64,000 nt of DNA from Bacteroidales bacterium (GTDB lineage: Bacteria > Bacteroidota > Bacteroidia > Bacteroidales > VadinHA17). Under the pieces are notes generated by a model. The model saw only the letters and a program-made list of their open reading frames with translations, was not told the DNA's origin and did no database searches. Position numbers and translations under genes: made by a program. Location: contig JAXDBC010000074.1 in the NCBI GenBank assembly GCA_034679225.1, positions 2,009 through 66,008 on the forward strand, in the 5' to 3' direction. This document shows, piece by piece, positions 17,398 through 27,858 of the stretch (its first letter is position 1; each line of letters starts with the position of its first letter).

Positions 17398-18210
17398 TCA
17401 AGCATCTCCGGATCCCATCCCGCTGACAAAATCTGAAATCAGCTCTACCGAAAGATCCTGCTCCTCGATGAATCCCATATGCCCCGAATTCTCAAGTATC
17501 TCCAGCCTGGAATTTGCAGGCAGACTGACCTTCAGGATAATATCATCGCACGAAATGTAATTATCATGCCTGCCAAGGATCCACAGGCAGGGAACCCTCC
17601 CCTGCTCCATCACCTTAAGCCTTGAAGGCCTGTTCATCATCCCGTTGAGAACCGCAATTATTCCCTCATCACTTATTGTGGCGGCAATTTCCTCCGACCG
17701 CCGGAGATCGTCTCCGAACTTTTCGAGATTCACTGTGGAATACATCCGGGATATGTTGCCGGGGTATAAAAGATGTTTTTTGGCTGCTCTCACAACCTTC
17801 ATCTCCCTTTTCCTGTTTGCAACGACTTCCGGCCTGTCGGCAAAAGGATGGGAATGGAAAAGGCAATATGCCGAAAGCATGTCAGGAAAGAGTTCAAGAA
17901 AAGCAAGAGCTACATAGCCTCCCAATGAATGACCCGTGATGAATGCCTTCGGCAGATGAAGGTTCTCCATAAGACAAGCTATGGCCCCGGCCATGAATTC
18001 CATGCTGTGATTCACGCTGTAAACCTCCGAAAGACCATGCCCCGGAAGATCGACACAGATTACACGGAACTTCCCGGAAAGCTTATCGGCAAAACCAGCC
18101 CATATCTCCGAAGTCTCGAGATAGCCGTGAAGAAGTATGATGGCCTCTCCCTCTCCCTTATCGCTGTAATAAATCTTGCCTTCGTTGTAATTGATGTACT
18201 TCTTCATCAT
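17398..18210 (-). CDS. Alpha/beta-fold hydrolase
   Basis: Oxyanion-hole HG (ILLHGY), nucleophile elbow GHSLGG and a C-terminal His region (NSGHMGFIE). Confidence 0.8.
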   Translation of the reverse strand: MMKKYINYNEGKIYYSDKGEGEAIILLHGYLETSEIWAGFADKLSGKFRVICVDLPGHGLSEVYSVNHSMEFMAGAIACLMENLHLPKAFITGHSLGGYVALAFLELFPDMLSAYCLFHSHPFADRPEVVANRKREMKVVRAAKKHLLYPGNISRMYSTVNLEKFGDDLRRSEEIAATISDEGIIAVLNGMMNRPSRLKVMEQGRVPCLWILGRHDNYISCDDIILKVSLPANSRLEILENSGHMGFIEEQDLSVELISDFVSGMGSGDA

Positions 18211-18240
18211 AATATAATTTTAATTCTAAAAACGCCGCGC

Positions 18241-18274
18241 GGGGCACAGGGCACGGGGCACAGGGCACGGGGCA
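18241..18274. repeat. G-run array GGGGCACA GGGCAC GGGGCACA GGGCAC GGGGCA, a variant of the heptamer repeat family, flanked by direct repeats AAAACGCCGCG
   Basis: Read directly. There are five G3-4 runs separated by 3-4 nt on the + strand. The flanking AAAACGCCGCG is at about 18228-18238 and 18274-18284. The array sits 30 nt upstream of the hydrolase start, in the divergent gap with sdhC. Confidence 0.85.
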
Positions 18275-18393
18275 AAACGCCGCGTACCTTTCTTCCCCGA
18301 AAGATACTTAATCTCAGTGATTGATAATATCGTTAATTTTTATTAATTTTATTATATTGTTCCAGTCGGAAATTCCGCAAAAACTCAGGGTTT

Positions 18394-19038
18394 ATGGATA
18401 AATTACTTTTCTCCTCCGTTTCCAAAAAATTTGTGATGGCACTGGCAGGTCTGTTCCTGATCCTGTTTCTGCCCGTACATCTTTTCATCAACTTCATGCT
18501 TCTGAAAAGCGATCCGCGGCCTTTCAACGAAGCCGCCCGTTTCATGGTAAGCTTTCCACTTATCAGAATAATAGAAATCGTGCTGATCGCTGCCATCATT
18601 ATCCACATCTGCTATGGTATTTACATCCAGATACAAAACTGGAGGGCCCGGCCCACACGGTATGCAGTAAGCATAAAGACAAAAACATCCTTCTTCTCAA
18701 AATTCATGATCTGGACCGGAGCCGCGGTGTTCACTTTCCTTATCATTCATTTCTTCAATTTCTACTTTATACGGCTGGGTCTGGCAGAGGGAAATCCTGA
18801 AGATTTCTATTCGGTGGCTCACAGTCTTTTCAAAATACCAGCCTACAACTATATCTATCTTGTATGTTTCGTCCTTCTCGGACTACACCTGTATCATGCC
18901 ATCACTTCGGCATTTCAGACTCTCGGACTCAATCACAGGCTCTGGACCCCCGTTGTTAAGGCATTCGCCTGGATATATGCAATTGTCATCCCTGCCGGTT
19001 TTGCTGTTATTTCAATAACAATATGGTTGTTCAGATAG
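18394..19038 (+). CDS. sdhC: Succinate dehydrogenase / fumarate reductase cytochrome b subunit
   Basis: 214-aa polytopic membrane protein immediately upstream of the flavoprotein and Fe-S subunits. His residues sit in TM helices ([22 protein letters not shown]). Confidence 0.8.
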   Translation: MDKLLFSSVSKKFVMALAGLFLILFLPVHLFINFMLLKSDPRPFNEAARFMVSFPLIRIIEIVLIAAIIIHICYGIYIQIQNWRARPTRYAVSIKTKTSFFSKFMIWTGAAVFTFLIIHFFNFYFIRLGLAEGNPEDFYSVAHSLFKIPAYNYIYLVCFVLLGLHLYHAITSAFQTLGLNHRLWTPVVKAFAWIYAIVIPAGFAVISITIWLFR

Positions 19039-19052
19039 AAAATACCAGGAAC

Positions 19053-20972
19053 ATGGAAAAATTAAACGCTCTAATCCCCGACGGCCCCCTTGCCCTGAAA
19101 TGGACAAACTACAAGGCTTCGGTAAAACTGGTCAATCCTGCCAACAAAAGGAAGATCGATATAATTGTTGTCGGAACAGGGGTCGCGGGAGCAGCAGCAG
19201 CAGCATCCCTCGGCGAACTGGGATACAATGTGAAAACATTCAGCTATCACGATACGCCGAGAAGAGCCCATAGCGTAGCTTCGCAGGGAGGAATCAATGC
19301 CGCCAAGAATTACCGGAATGACGGTGACAGTGTCTACCGTCTCTTTATTGATATGATAAAGGGAGGCGACTACAGAGCGCGCGAGGCCAATGTATACAGG
19401 GCTGCCGAGGTGAGCAACCAGGTGATTGACCATTTCACGGCCCTGGGAGTACCCTTTGCCCGCGATTACGGGGGCACTCTCAATACACGGTCGTTCGGAG
19501 GAGTACAGGTCTCCAGAACTTTCTACGCCAAGGGGCAGACAGGCCAGCAATGCCTTCTCGCTTCCTATGCATCCCTCAACCGCCAGATAAAAAACGGAAC
19601 GGTTACAATGTACCCATACAGGGAGATGCTCGACCTGGTTGTGATCGACGGAAAGGCAAGAGGCATAATTGCCCGAAACATGATAAGCGGTGATATAGAA
19701 CGACATTCAGCCCATGCCGTGGTGCTGGCAACCGGCGGTTACGGAACAATCTTCTACCTGTCAACCCTGGCAGTGAACTCAAACGCCACCGCCGCGTGGA
19801 AAGCCTATAAAAAGGGAGCCTTCTTCGCAAATCCCAGCTTCGTCCAGATTCACCCCACCTCAATACCCCAGATGAACGAATTCCAGGCAAAGCTGACACT
19901 TATGTCGGAGTCGCTGAGAAACGACGGAAGAATCTGGGTTCCAAAGGAAAAAGGCGATAAACGACCGCCCAATGACATACCGGAGAATGAACGGGATTAT
20001 TATCTCGAAAGACGCTACCCTGCCTTCGGTAACCTCGTGCCAAGGGATATCGCATCAAGAGCAGCAAAGGAAAGATGCGATGCCGGTTACGGAGTCGGTA
20101 CTACCGGGCTTTCCGTGTACCTCGATTTCAGGGATGCATTAAACAAACAAGGTAAAAAAGCCATAGAAGAGAAATACGGCAACCTCTTCGATATGTACAA
20201 AACGATAACCGGAACCGATCCCTATACGGAACCGATGAGGATCTATCCGGCAGGACATTATACAATGGGAGGCCTGTGGGTCGACTATGAGCTTATGACA
20301 ACCATCCCCGGACTATATGCCATCGGCGAAGCCAACTTTTCCGATCATGGCGCCAACCGCCTCGGGGCAAGCTCACTGATGCAGATAGCAGCCGACGGCT
20401 ATTTCATACTTCCAGTGACCATAAATAACTACCTGGCCGGGCAGATAAAAGCTCCCTCCATACCGGTCGAAGGCAGGGAATTTGATGAAGCAGAAAAATC
20501 GGTTAAAGAAAGGCTTGAAAAACTTGTTTCCATAGGAGGCAAACAAAGTGCCACCAGCTTCCACAAACGCCTGGGAAGGGTCATGTGGGACTACTGCGGG
20601 ATGTCGAGAAAAGAAAAGGGACTGCTGAAAGCGCTCGACCTGGTAAAAAACCTGAGGGAAGAGTTCTGGAAGGATCTGAGAGTGCCGGGTTCGGCTAAGG
20701 AACTGAACCAGGAACTTGAGAAAGCAGCCAGAATAGCCGATTTCCTTGAACTGGCCGACCTGCTCATCGCTGATGCCCTCTTCAGAAAGGAATCGTGCGG
20801 AGCCCATTTCAGGGAGGAATACCAGACTGCCGATGGGGAGACACTGAGAAATGACGCTGAATATACCTGCGTGGCGGCATGGGAATATGCCGGCGAAGGG
20901 AAAGCTCACGTACTTCACCGGGAAGAACTTAAGTTTGAAGAGGTGGAGATGAAGGTCAGAAGCTATAAATGA
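19053..20972 (+). CDS. sdhA: Succinate dehydrogenase / fumarate reductase flavoprotein subunit
   Basis: FAD-binding motif [12 protein letters not shown], then [18 protein letters not shown] and the C-terminal [10 protein letters not shown]. Start set at MEKLNALIP (ATG 19053), just after the sdhC stop. Confidence 0.9.
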   Translation: MEKLNALIPDGPLALKWTNYKASVKLVNPANKRKIDIIVVGTGVAGAAAAASLGELGYNVKTFSYHDTPRRAHSVASQGGINAAKNYRNDGDSVYRLFIDMIKGGDYRAREANVYRAAEVSNQVIDHFTALGVPFARDYGGTLNTRSFGGVQVSRTFYAKGQTGQQCLLASYASLNRQIKNGTVTMYPYREMLDLVVIDGKARGIIARNMISGDIERHSAHAVVLATGGYGTIFYLSTLAVNSNATAAWKAYKKGAFFANPSFVQIHPTSIPQMNEFQAKLTLMSESLRNDGRIWVPKEKGDKRPPNDIPENERDYYLERRYPAFGNLVPRDIASRAAKERCDAGYGVGTTGLSVYLDFRDALNKQGKKAIEEKYGNLFDMYKTITGTDPYTEPMRIYPAGHYTMGGLWVDYELMTTIPGLYAIGEANFSDHGANRLGASSLMQIAADGYFILPVTINNYLAGQIKAPSIPVEGREFDEAEKSVKERLEKLVSIGGKQSATSFHKRLGRVMWDYCGMSRKEKGLLKALDLVKNLREEFWKDLRVPGSAKELNQELEKAARIADFLELADLLIADALFRKESCGAHFREEYQTADGETLRNDAEYTCVAAWEYAGEGKAHVLHREELKFEEVEMKVRSYK

Positions 20973-20993
20973 AACGAGTTTAATCAGGATATC

Positions 20994-21728
20994 ATGAATC
21001 TTACACTGAAAATCTGGAGACAGAAAGATGCAAAGTCAAAGGGGAAATTTGTGACATACAAAATGGCTGATGTATCGCCCGAGATGTCGTTCCTGGAGAT
21101 GCTCGACGCCCTTAACAAAAAGCTTGTGGAATCAGGCGGCGATCCGGTGGCCTTCGAACACGACTGCAGGGAAGGGATTTGCGGATCGTGCGGAATGTAT
21201 ATAAACGGCCATCCACATGGTCCTGTTCCGGCTGTGACCACCTGCCTGCTGTCGATGAGGTACTTCAGCGATGGCGACACCATAACCGTTGAACCGTGGA
21301 GAGCCAAACCATTCCCGGTTATCAGGGATCTTATAGTCGACCGGAGCGCGATGGATAAAATACAGATAGCAGGAGGCTATATTTCAGTTAATACCGGAGC
21401 CGCACCCGACGCTAACTCGATACTGGTTCCGAAAAAGAACGCCGAGGAAGCATTCGACGCCGCGGCATGCATAGGATGCGGGGCCTGCGTGGCTGCATGC
21501 AAAAATGCCTCGGCCATGCTTTTCGTTTCAGCCAGAATCTCCCAGTATGCCCTTCTGCCACAGGGAAGGCTTGAGGCTAAGGAAAGAGTAAGGGCCATGG
21601 TTGAGAAGATGGATGAACTCGGATTCGGCAACTGCTCGAATACCGGAGCCTGCGAAGCCGAATGCCCCAAACAGGTCAAACTGGTAAACATAGCCCGCCT
21701 CAACAGGGAATACTACAAAGCATACTGA
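20994..21728 (+). CDS. sdhB: Succinate dehydrogenase / fumarate reductase iron-sulfur subunit
   Basis: Cys clusters [21 protein letters not shown] and [12 protein letters not shown]. Confidence 0.9.
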   Translation: MNLTLKIWRQKDAKSKGKFVTYKMADVSPEMSFLEMLDALNKKLVESGGDPVAFEHDCREGICGSCGMYINGHPHGPVPAVTTCLLSMRYFSDGDTITVEPWRAKPFPVIRDLIVDRSAMDKIQIAGGYISVNTGAAPDANSILVPKKNAEEAFDAAACIGCGACVAACKNASAMLFVSARISQYALLPQGRLEAKERVRAMVEKMDELGFGNCSNTGACEAECPKQVKLVNIARLNREYYKAY

Positions 21729-21753
21729 CAGGACGATTCAGGCAATTATCCCC

Positions 21754-21779
21754 GCCGGCAAAAAGATGAACCTGCCGGC
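21754..21779. terminator. Possible hairpin between convergent sdhB and pepP
   Basis: GCCGGCA-(12 nt)-TGCCGGC. No clear U-tract on either strand. Confidence 0.3.
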
Positions 21780-21786
21780 TGTTACC

Positions 21787-23172
21787 CTATGAACATAATT
21801 CCTCTATCCCGGCAACGGTTTTTGGTATCGGTTTGCCAAGAAGCTTATTCCCATTCTCAGTGATAAGTACATCATCCTCAATCCTTATTCCGCCTATATC
21901 CATCCAGTCGGCCAGCTTTTCGAAATTGATGAAATCCCTGAACTTCCCTTCTGCCTCCCATTTGCTTATTAGCTCGGGAATGAAATAAATTCCCGGTTCA
22001 ACTGTGAAAACATGACCTGGTTTGTAAGGAAGGGCAAAACGCAGAAAGGCCAGCCCGAATTGCCGGCTTCTCTTTACCTCGTCATTGTAACCTACATAAT
22101 CTTCTCCAAGACCTTCCATGTCGTGAACATCCAGTCCCATCATATGGCCAAGCCCGTGAGGCATGAAGAGGGCATGGGCTCCCTGCTCCACAGCTTCGGC
22201 AGGATCACCCTTCATCAGTCCAAGCTCCTTCAGGGATGAGGCAATGATGGTACATGCATTCATGTGAAGATCGAGGTTTGAGATTCCCGGCTTTGCAAGC
22301 CTGATCGACTCCGTGTTTGCCTTCAGCACAATCTCGTAAATATCCTTCTGCCTGGGGTTGAATTTCCCTCCAACCGGAGTAGTACGGGTGATATCGGAAC
22401 TGTAGTGCATGTTCGATTCGGCTCCGGCATCAGTAACCATCATCCTGCCCTTTACCAGGATATTATCGTGATTATGATTGTGAAGCGTCTGTCCATTGAT
22501 GCTCAGAATAATAGGAAATGCAGATCCGCCTCCGCGCGACAATGCAATGCCTTCGATAGTTCCGAAAATCTCCTGCTCCTTCACGCCGGGCTTGCACATC
22601 TTCATCGCGGTTGTATGCATCTCGTAAGCTATGCCCACAGCCTTTTCTATTTCATCAATCTCGACCTGTTCCTTTATTGAACGCATGGAAACAACAGCCT
22701 TTATCAGTTCAACCGATGCCTTTGTCTTAATCCGGCAGGGATTCTCCCCGAGAAGATTTCCCAGCATCATCTTGTTTTCAGCCCTGTAGGGAGGAAGAAA
22801 ATGAATTTTCCGTTTTTTTGAAAGGGCATCCCCTATCAGGCTTTCAAGTTTCGCCGGAGGGGCGGTATTGACCACGCCGCATCTCTGTGCCAGCTCCTTT
22901 ACAGTAGGCTGAGGACCCATCCAGATGATATCGTCAATGTCAACATCATTCCCGAATATCCAGTCCTGCCCGGTGTCAAAATCCATAAGCCCGGCAAATC
23001 CGGGAAGATCAAGACCAAAATAATAGAGAAAATCGCTGTCCTGCCTGAAATGATACTGGTTGGCAGGATAATTCATTGGAGAATCCACATTCCCCGGAAA
23101 AAGGGCGAGACCCGATTTCATAATACCATGAAGCCTTGCCCTCCTGTTAGAATAAACTTCTTTCTTGAACAT
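21787..23172 (-). CDS. pepP: Xaa-Pro aminopeptidase (M24B family)
   Basis: M24 metal-ligand blocks VTDAGAE, HGLGHMMGLDVHD, TVEPGIYF and IRIEDDVLIT, with a long N-terminal AMP_N-like domain. Confidence 0.85.
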   Translation of the reverse strand: MFKKEVYSNRRARLHGIMKSGLALFPGNVDSPMNYPANQYHFRQDSDFLYYFGLDLPGFAGLMDFDTGQDWIFGNDVDIDDIIWMGPQPTVKELAQRCGVVNTAPPAKLESLIGDALSKKRKIHFLPPYRAENKMMLGNLLGENPCRIKTKASVELIKAVVSMRSIKEQVEIDEIEKAVGIAYEMHTTAMKMCKPGVKEQEIFGTIEGIALSRGGGSAFPIILSINGQTLHNHNHDNILVKGRMMVTDAGAESNMHYSSDITRTTPVGGKFNPRQKDIYEIVLKANTESIRLAKPGISNLDLHMNACTIIASSLKELGLMKGDPAEAVEQGAHALFMPHGLGHMMGLDVHDMEGLGEDYVGYNDEVKRSRQFGLAFLRFALPYKPGHVFTVEPGIYFIPELISKWEAEGKFRDFINFEKLADWMDIGGIRIEDDVLITENGNKLLGKPIPKTVAGIEELCS

Positions 23173-23407
23173 ATCTTTTTTTTACTGATCCGACAATGCA
23201 GCTAAGTTAATATCCCCGAATGGAAAATCCCATTTTTCAGACAGTTAAAATCAGGCAGAATATAAATATTAACGGAAAATGCCTTAATTCTGTAAGCGGA
23301 ACACGTTGTTATCAAATATTTTGTTATGCGAATACTATTGGATATTAACAAAACGTTATTATATTCGCAGCAAAGTTATCAACACTTTATTAACACCACC
23401 TGATCGT

Positions 23408-24130
23408 ATGCCTTACCGTAGATTGCCGAATACTGATGCCGCACGCATCAGGGCGATGAGAATCGCGCTCGAAAGAGGCCGTGAGGTTCCTCCAAACCAA
23501 ATGGCCTATTCGCCGAAACTGATCGTCAGGCTGCAGAGATTCCTTCCACAGTTTGAAAACATGATAACATTGCAACGCCAGTCTTATGCTTCTCAGAACA
23601 ATAAAAGCAAGGATTACGCCGAGACTGTCAGAAAAGCAAGGCTTTACATCACTCATTTCATAAGGGTGATGAACATGGCGATTTTCAGGGCTGAACTCCC
23701 CCCGGAAACGAGGGCTTTCTACGGACTGGCTACCAATGAATCGACAGTACCGTCGATGAATACCGAAAACGAGCTTATAAGCTGGGGAAAAAGAATTATT
23801 GAAGGAGAGGAATTCCGGATCAGGAAGGGCGGAACTCCTATTACAAATCCCACCATTGCCGTGGTGAAGGTAAGATACCAGAACTTCCTCGATGCACATC
23901 ATTTCCAGAAGACACTCGCGAAAAGAACCCTTGATTATACGGAAAAGAACTACGAACTGAGAAAAGAAGCCGACGATCTTATACTGCAGGTCTGGAATGA
24001 GATCGAAAATACCCACAGTACACTGCCCGAGGACCAAAGACTGCCGGCAAGCGAGAATTACGGCATAGTCTATTTCTACAGAAAAGGTGAACTAAACAAG
24101 GCAGAATCTGCTGCAAAAGCCCAAAGCTAA
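23408..24130 (+). CDS. Hypothetical protein
   Basis: ORF with ordinary charged-helical composition starting MPYRRLPNTDAARIRAM. The tracked upstream extension (23306) encodes an implausible Tyr/Trp/Cys-rich leader. No family recognised. Confidence 0.5.
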   Translation: MPYRRLPNTDAARIRAMRIALERGREVPPNQMAYSPKLIVRLQRFLPQFENMITLQRQSYASQNNKSKDYAETVRKARLYITHFIRVMNMAIFRAELPPETRAFYGLATNESTVPSMNTENELISWGKRIIEGEEFRIRKGGTPITNPTIAVVKVRYQNFLDAHHFQKTLAKRTLDYTEKNYELRKEADDLILQVWNEIENTHSTLPEDQRLPASENYGIVYFYRKGELNKAESAAKAQS

Positions 24131-24153
24131 ATCCGGCCCTAACAAATAAGTTC

Positions 24154-25167
24154 TTGAACATAGGTAATATACAGCTCGGAGAATATCCTTTGTTCCTTGC
24201 TCCAATGGAGGATATCACTGATCCATCGTTCAGGTATCTATGCAAGATGTACGGTGCGGATTTCATGTACACCGAATTCATATCATCCGACGGGCTTATA
24301 AGGGACGGGGAAAAAAGTGTCAGAAAACTTGATATTTACGACTTCGAGAGACCCATTGGCATACAACTGTACGGACATCTTACCGAAGCCATGGTGGAGG
24401 CCGCGGTCATAGCCGAAACTGCAGCACCCGAACTTATTGACATCAATTTCGGATGCCCTGTGAAAAAAATCGCCAACAGGGGAGCCGGTGCGGGGATGCT
24501 TCGCAATATCCCCCTGATGATCTCAATGACCGAAGCCATAGTAAAGGCAGTTAAACTTCCCGTAACGGTAAAAACCCGGCTGGGATGGGATGAGGAAAGC
24601 AAAAACATAGTGGAAGTGGCCGAGAGACTTCAGGATACAGGCATAAGCGCACTTACAATTCACGGAAGAACAAGGTCACAGCTTTACAAAGGCGTTGCCG
24701 ACTGGACCCTTATCGGCGAGGTAAAAAACAATCCCAGGATGAAGATCCCGGTAATCGGAAACGGCGATATCGACAGCCCGGAAAAAGCCAGGGAGATGTT
24801 CAACAGGTACGGCGTCGACGGTATCATGATAGGAAGGGCAACGGTTGGCCGGCCCTGGATATTCAGGGATATAAGGCACTACCTCAGCACCGGAGAACTC
24901 CTTCCCGAACCGACCGTATCTCAAAAGGCAAAACTGGCACTGCTTCATCTCGACAAATCCATAGAATTCAAGGAAGGAAAAAGGGCTATCTTCGAGATGA
25001 GGAGACACCTCTCAAATTATTTCAAGGGCCTGCCCCACTTCAGGGATACAAGGCTGAAACTTCTTACAAGCCTCGAACCTGAAGAGATTAGGGAAATAAT
25101 AAATGAGATAAGCTTACGCTGGGGCAGCTACCGCAGCGACGACAGGACATCGGTATACGGAGTCTGA
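24154..25167 (+). CDS. dusB: tRNA-dihydrouridine synthase
   Basis: LAPMEDITDPSFR, INFGCP and TIHGRT motifs of the Dus family. Non-ATG start as tracked. Confidence 0.9.
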   Translation: MNIGNIQLGEYPLFLAPMEDITDPSFRYLCKMYGADFMYTEFISSDGLIRDGEKSVRKLDIYDFERPIGIQLYGHLTEAMVEAAVIAETAAPELIDINFGCPVKKIANRGAGAGMLRNIPLMISMTEAIVKAVKLPVTVKTRLGWDEESKNIVEVAERLQDTGISALTIHGRTRSQLYKGVADWTLIGEVKNNPRMKIPVIGNGDIDSPEKAREMFNRYGVDGIMIGRATVGRPWIFRDIRHYLSTGELLPEPTVSQKAKLALLHLDKSIEFKEGKRAIFEMRRHLSNYFKGLPHFRDTRLKLLTSLEPEEIREIINEISLRWGSYRSDDRTSVYGV

Positions 25168-26108
25168 TCGATCATGGCAGGGGGTTCAACACGGGACGTG
25201 AGCAGCGACCATGATCCCCACTTCAAAACCTTCTTCATTATAAGTATAAAAATCAGCCCGGTAATAATCAACCCGGCTAATTCGATCATGGGATAGAGCT
25301 TAAGCTGCTCAAACACCGCATCGGTTTGCAGAGCCGACGACTTATGCGTGACCATGATGCACAGGAATATGTTGTTCGCCGCGTGAGCTCCGATCGCGGC
25401 CTCGATACCGTCATCGAAAACCGTAACTACCGCGAAGATAAGCCCGAAGAAGATATACTGGGGCATCATCATCATGAATCCGAACTCGCCAACCTCCGGG
25501 TTAAAGGAATGCATAAGCCCGAACAATACCGAAGTCATCAATATGGGAAGCCACCTGTTGCGGGAAAGGACGGTAAATCCCTGCATCAGATAACCGCGGA
25601 AAAGAATCTCCTCGAAGGCTGCCTGGAAAGGGATCAGGGCCAGACAGATAAGGATAAGCGGCCACAGGGTGCCCGAGATGTTGTTAAGCCTGAAATTGGA
25701 GGGATCCGCCTTCATGGAAACAAAAAGGTAAAGCGCCGATAGAACCAGCCATACCGATGCCGAAATAAAGAACCTTTTCCACCTGAAGCCGCGGCCGCCG
25801 TTTATCACGGCACCAAAGGCCCTCTGATTAAGCGGTTTAATAAGAAGTACAAAAGCCAGAATACCTATGATGAAAGGGAACAGGTTCATAAGAAGAGCTA
25901 TATTCGAGTCAAATCCTAGAACCCCTATGTTAGCGGGATCTTCAGCGATTTTGCCGAGCATATCGGGATCACCGGCAACTTTTGAAAAATATCCCACCAG
26001 GAGGGGCAGGGCTCCTATCGTGTTTGTAGCCAGCAGAATGGTTACTAACATCAGTAAATACCTCCATGCTCCGTTTCTGCCGGTGAATGATGATTCCAGA
26101 TGATTCAT
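25128..26108 (-). CDS. CPBP family intramembrane glutamic endopeptidase (CAAX protease-like)
   Basis: Polytopic membrane protein with the motifs EEILFRGYL, FGLMHSF and GAHAANN. Confidence 0.8.
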   Translation of the reverse strand: MNHLESSFTGRNGAWRYLLMLVTILLATNTIGALPLLVGYFSKVAGDPDMLGKIAEDPANIGVLGFDSNIALLMNLFPFIIGILAFVLLIKPLNQRAFGAVINGGRGFRWKRFFISASVWLVLSALYLFVSMKADPSNFRLNNISGTLWPLILICLALIPFQAAFEEILFRGYLMQGFTVLSRNRWLPILMTSVLFGLMHSFNPEVGEFGFMMMMPQYIFFGLIFAVVTVFDDGIEAAIGAHAANNIFLCIMVTHKSSALQTDAVFEQLKLYPMIELAGLIITGLIFILIMKKVLKWGSWSLLTSRVEPPAMIDQTPYTDVLSSLR

Positions 26109-26120
26109 TATGATGTTGTA

Positions 26121-27698
26121 TTACTTTATGGAACTTGTTCTTTTGGGATAATCAATTGAATAATGTAGACCTATGCTCTCCTTCCTGTTCATAGCCATCT
26201 TGATTATCAGGTATCCTACATTTATAAGGTTACGGAGTTCACAGATCTGTTTTGAGATCAGCGATCGCTTGTAAAGACTCTCCGTTTCCCTGTACAGTAT
26301 CTGAAGCCTGACCATTGCCCTCTCGAGACGAAGATCGGACCTGACTATCCCGACATAATTACTCATTATCGACTGTAGTTCCTTCTGGCTTTGTGTAATA
26401 AGCACCATCTCCTCGAGATGCGCCGTACCCTTGTAGTCCCAGTCGGGCAGATTCTCTTCAAAATCAAGCTTTTTCAGGCGTGAAGATGAGTGCATCACCG
26501 CCCTGTGAGAATAGACCACGGCTTCAACCAGTGAATTTGAGGCCAGCCGGTTGGCACCGTGAAGCCCCGTCGATGAAACCTCTCCGAGAGCATAGAGCCG
26601 GTCGATGTTGCTCTGCCCATCCATGTCGACCTTTATCCCGCCGCATGAATAATGCACGCAGGGAACCACAGGGATCTTATCCTTTGTAATGTCGATACCC
26701 CTGGTCAGGCAGTGTTCATAAACATTAGGAAAATGATCCTTCAGCCCGGCCGGATCCAGATGAGTGCAGTCGAGCCATACATGATCCTCTCCCCATATCT
26801 TGAGTTCATTGTCAATGGCTCTTGCAACTATATCCCTGGGAGCAAGCGAACCGCGGCTGTCGTACCTGTTCATGAACTGCTCGCCTGCCATGTTCATGAG
26901 AATAGCCCCGTATCCCCTTAAAGCCTCAGTAATAAGGAACGATGGCTTTTTCTCCGGGTCATAAAGCGAAGTCGGATGAAACTGGATGAATTCCATATTC
27001 TCAATGGCGCCCTTGGCCCTGTAAACCATGGCAACCCCATCGCCGGTCGCAACCTCGGGATTCGTGGTCGACATATAGGCATTCCCCAGTCCGCCCGTAG
27101 CCATAACCGTGATCTTTGCAAGAAAGGTATATACCTTCTTCTGCATGAGATCGGCCACATAAGCTCCGTAACACTTTATATCCTGAAAACTCCTCTTTAC
27201 CTCTATCCCGAGATGATGCTGAGTCAGTATCTCAATTGCAAAGTGATGCTCGTAAATCTCAATGTTAGGATGATTCCTTATCTTGGTGATCAGAGTGTTT
27301 TCTATCACTTCGCCAGTCTTGTCCTTGGCATGAAGGATCCTGTACTCGGTGTGTCCGCCCTCCTTGGCAAGGTCGTAGGTTCCATCCTTATTCTTGTCGA
27401 AGGGAACACCTATGTCAATCAGATCCTGAATCCTCTCCGGGGCTTCCTGAACAACCATCCTGACAACTTTCTCGTTGCATATCCCGTCACCGGCAATCAG
27501 GGTATCCCTGACATGCTTTTCAAAATTGTCGGGCTTCCTGAAAACTGCCGCTATGCCACCCTGGGCATACTTAGTATTGGAATCATCAAGTACCGATTTG
27601 GTAACAATTGCAACTTTCCCGAATGACGCCGCCTTTAACGCGAAAGTCAATCCCGCTATACCTGATCCTATTACCAGGAAATCCGTCCGTTTTTTCAT
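26121..27698 (-). CDS. nadB: L-aspartate oxidase
   Basis: FLVIGSGIAGL dinucleotide fold, YAQGGIAAV, HPTS and GANRLASNSL. The 525-aa length and lack of partner subunits favour NadB over SdhA. Confidence 0.85.
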   Translation of the reverse strand: MKKRTDFLVIGSGIAGLTFALKAASFGKVAIVTKSVLDDSNTKYAQGGIAAVFRKPDNFEKHVRDTLIAGDGICNEKVVRMVVQEAPERIQDLIDIGVPFDKNKDGTYDLAKEGGHTEYRILHAKDKTGEVIENTLITKIRNHPNIEIYEHHFAIEILTQHHLGIEVKRSFQDIKCYGAYVADLMQKKVYTFLAKITVMATGGLGNAYMSTTNPEVATGDGVAMVYRAKGAIENMEFIQFHPTSLYDPEKKPSFLITEALRGYGAILMNMAGEQFMNRYDSRGSLAPRDIVARAIDNELKIWGEDHVWLDCTHLDPAGLKDHFPNVYEHCLTRGIDITKDKIPVVPCVHYSCGGIKVDMDGQSNIDRLYALGEVSSTGLHGANRLASNSLVEAVVYSHRAVMHSSSRLKKLDFEENLPDWDYKGTAHLEEMVLITQSQKELQSIMSNYVGIVRSDLRLERAMVRLQILYRETESLYKRSLISKQICELRNLINVGYLIIKMAMNRKESIGLHYSIDYPKRTSSIK

Positions 27699-27858
27699 TG
27701 CACCGGCTGTTTATTTTGACCGTCAAATATACTAAATTAATGCTTTTCGCCGGGTCAGCCGCCTGAGCTGCAGCAATGCACCAGGGGTTTCAGTATAAAA
27801 CAAGATTGCTAAACCGGACTTTTTAATATATTTTTGCTCACCAAAAACTAAACGACTT

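Noticed and set aside
19071-19899. Minus-strand ORFs (211 aa, 98 aa) inside sdhA
   Set aside because: They are antisense to a gene with unambiguous flavoprotein motifs, and their composition is atypical (Ser/Arg/Cys-rich).
23390-24037. 215-aa minus-strand ORF overlapping the hypothetical gene 23408-24130
   Set aside because: Only one of the two can reasonably be real. The minus-strand product is Cys/His/Arg/Phe-rich with no helical periodicity. The plus-strand product has ordinary composition and sits co-directionally just upstream of dusB. Neither has a recognised family, so this is a judgement call.
25128-25167. 40-nt convergent overlap of the dusB and CPBP protease 3' ends
   Set aside because: Both genes have full motif sets, and a short tail-to-tail overlap is unremarkable. 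It is not evidence of a frameshift or pseudogene.
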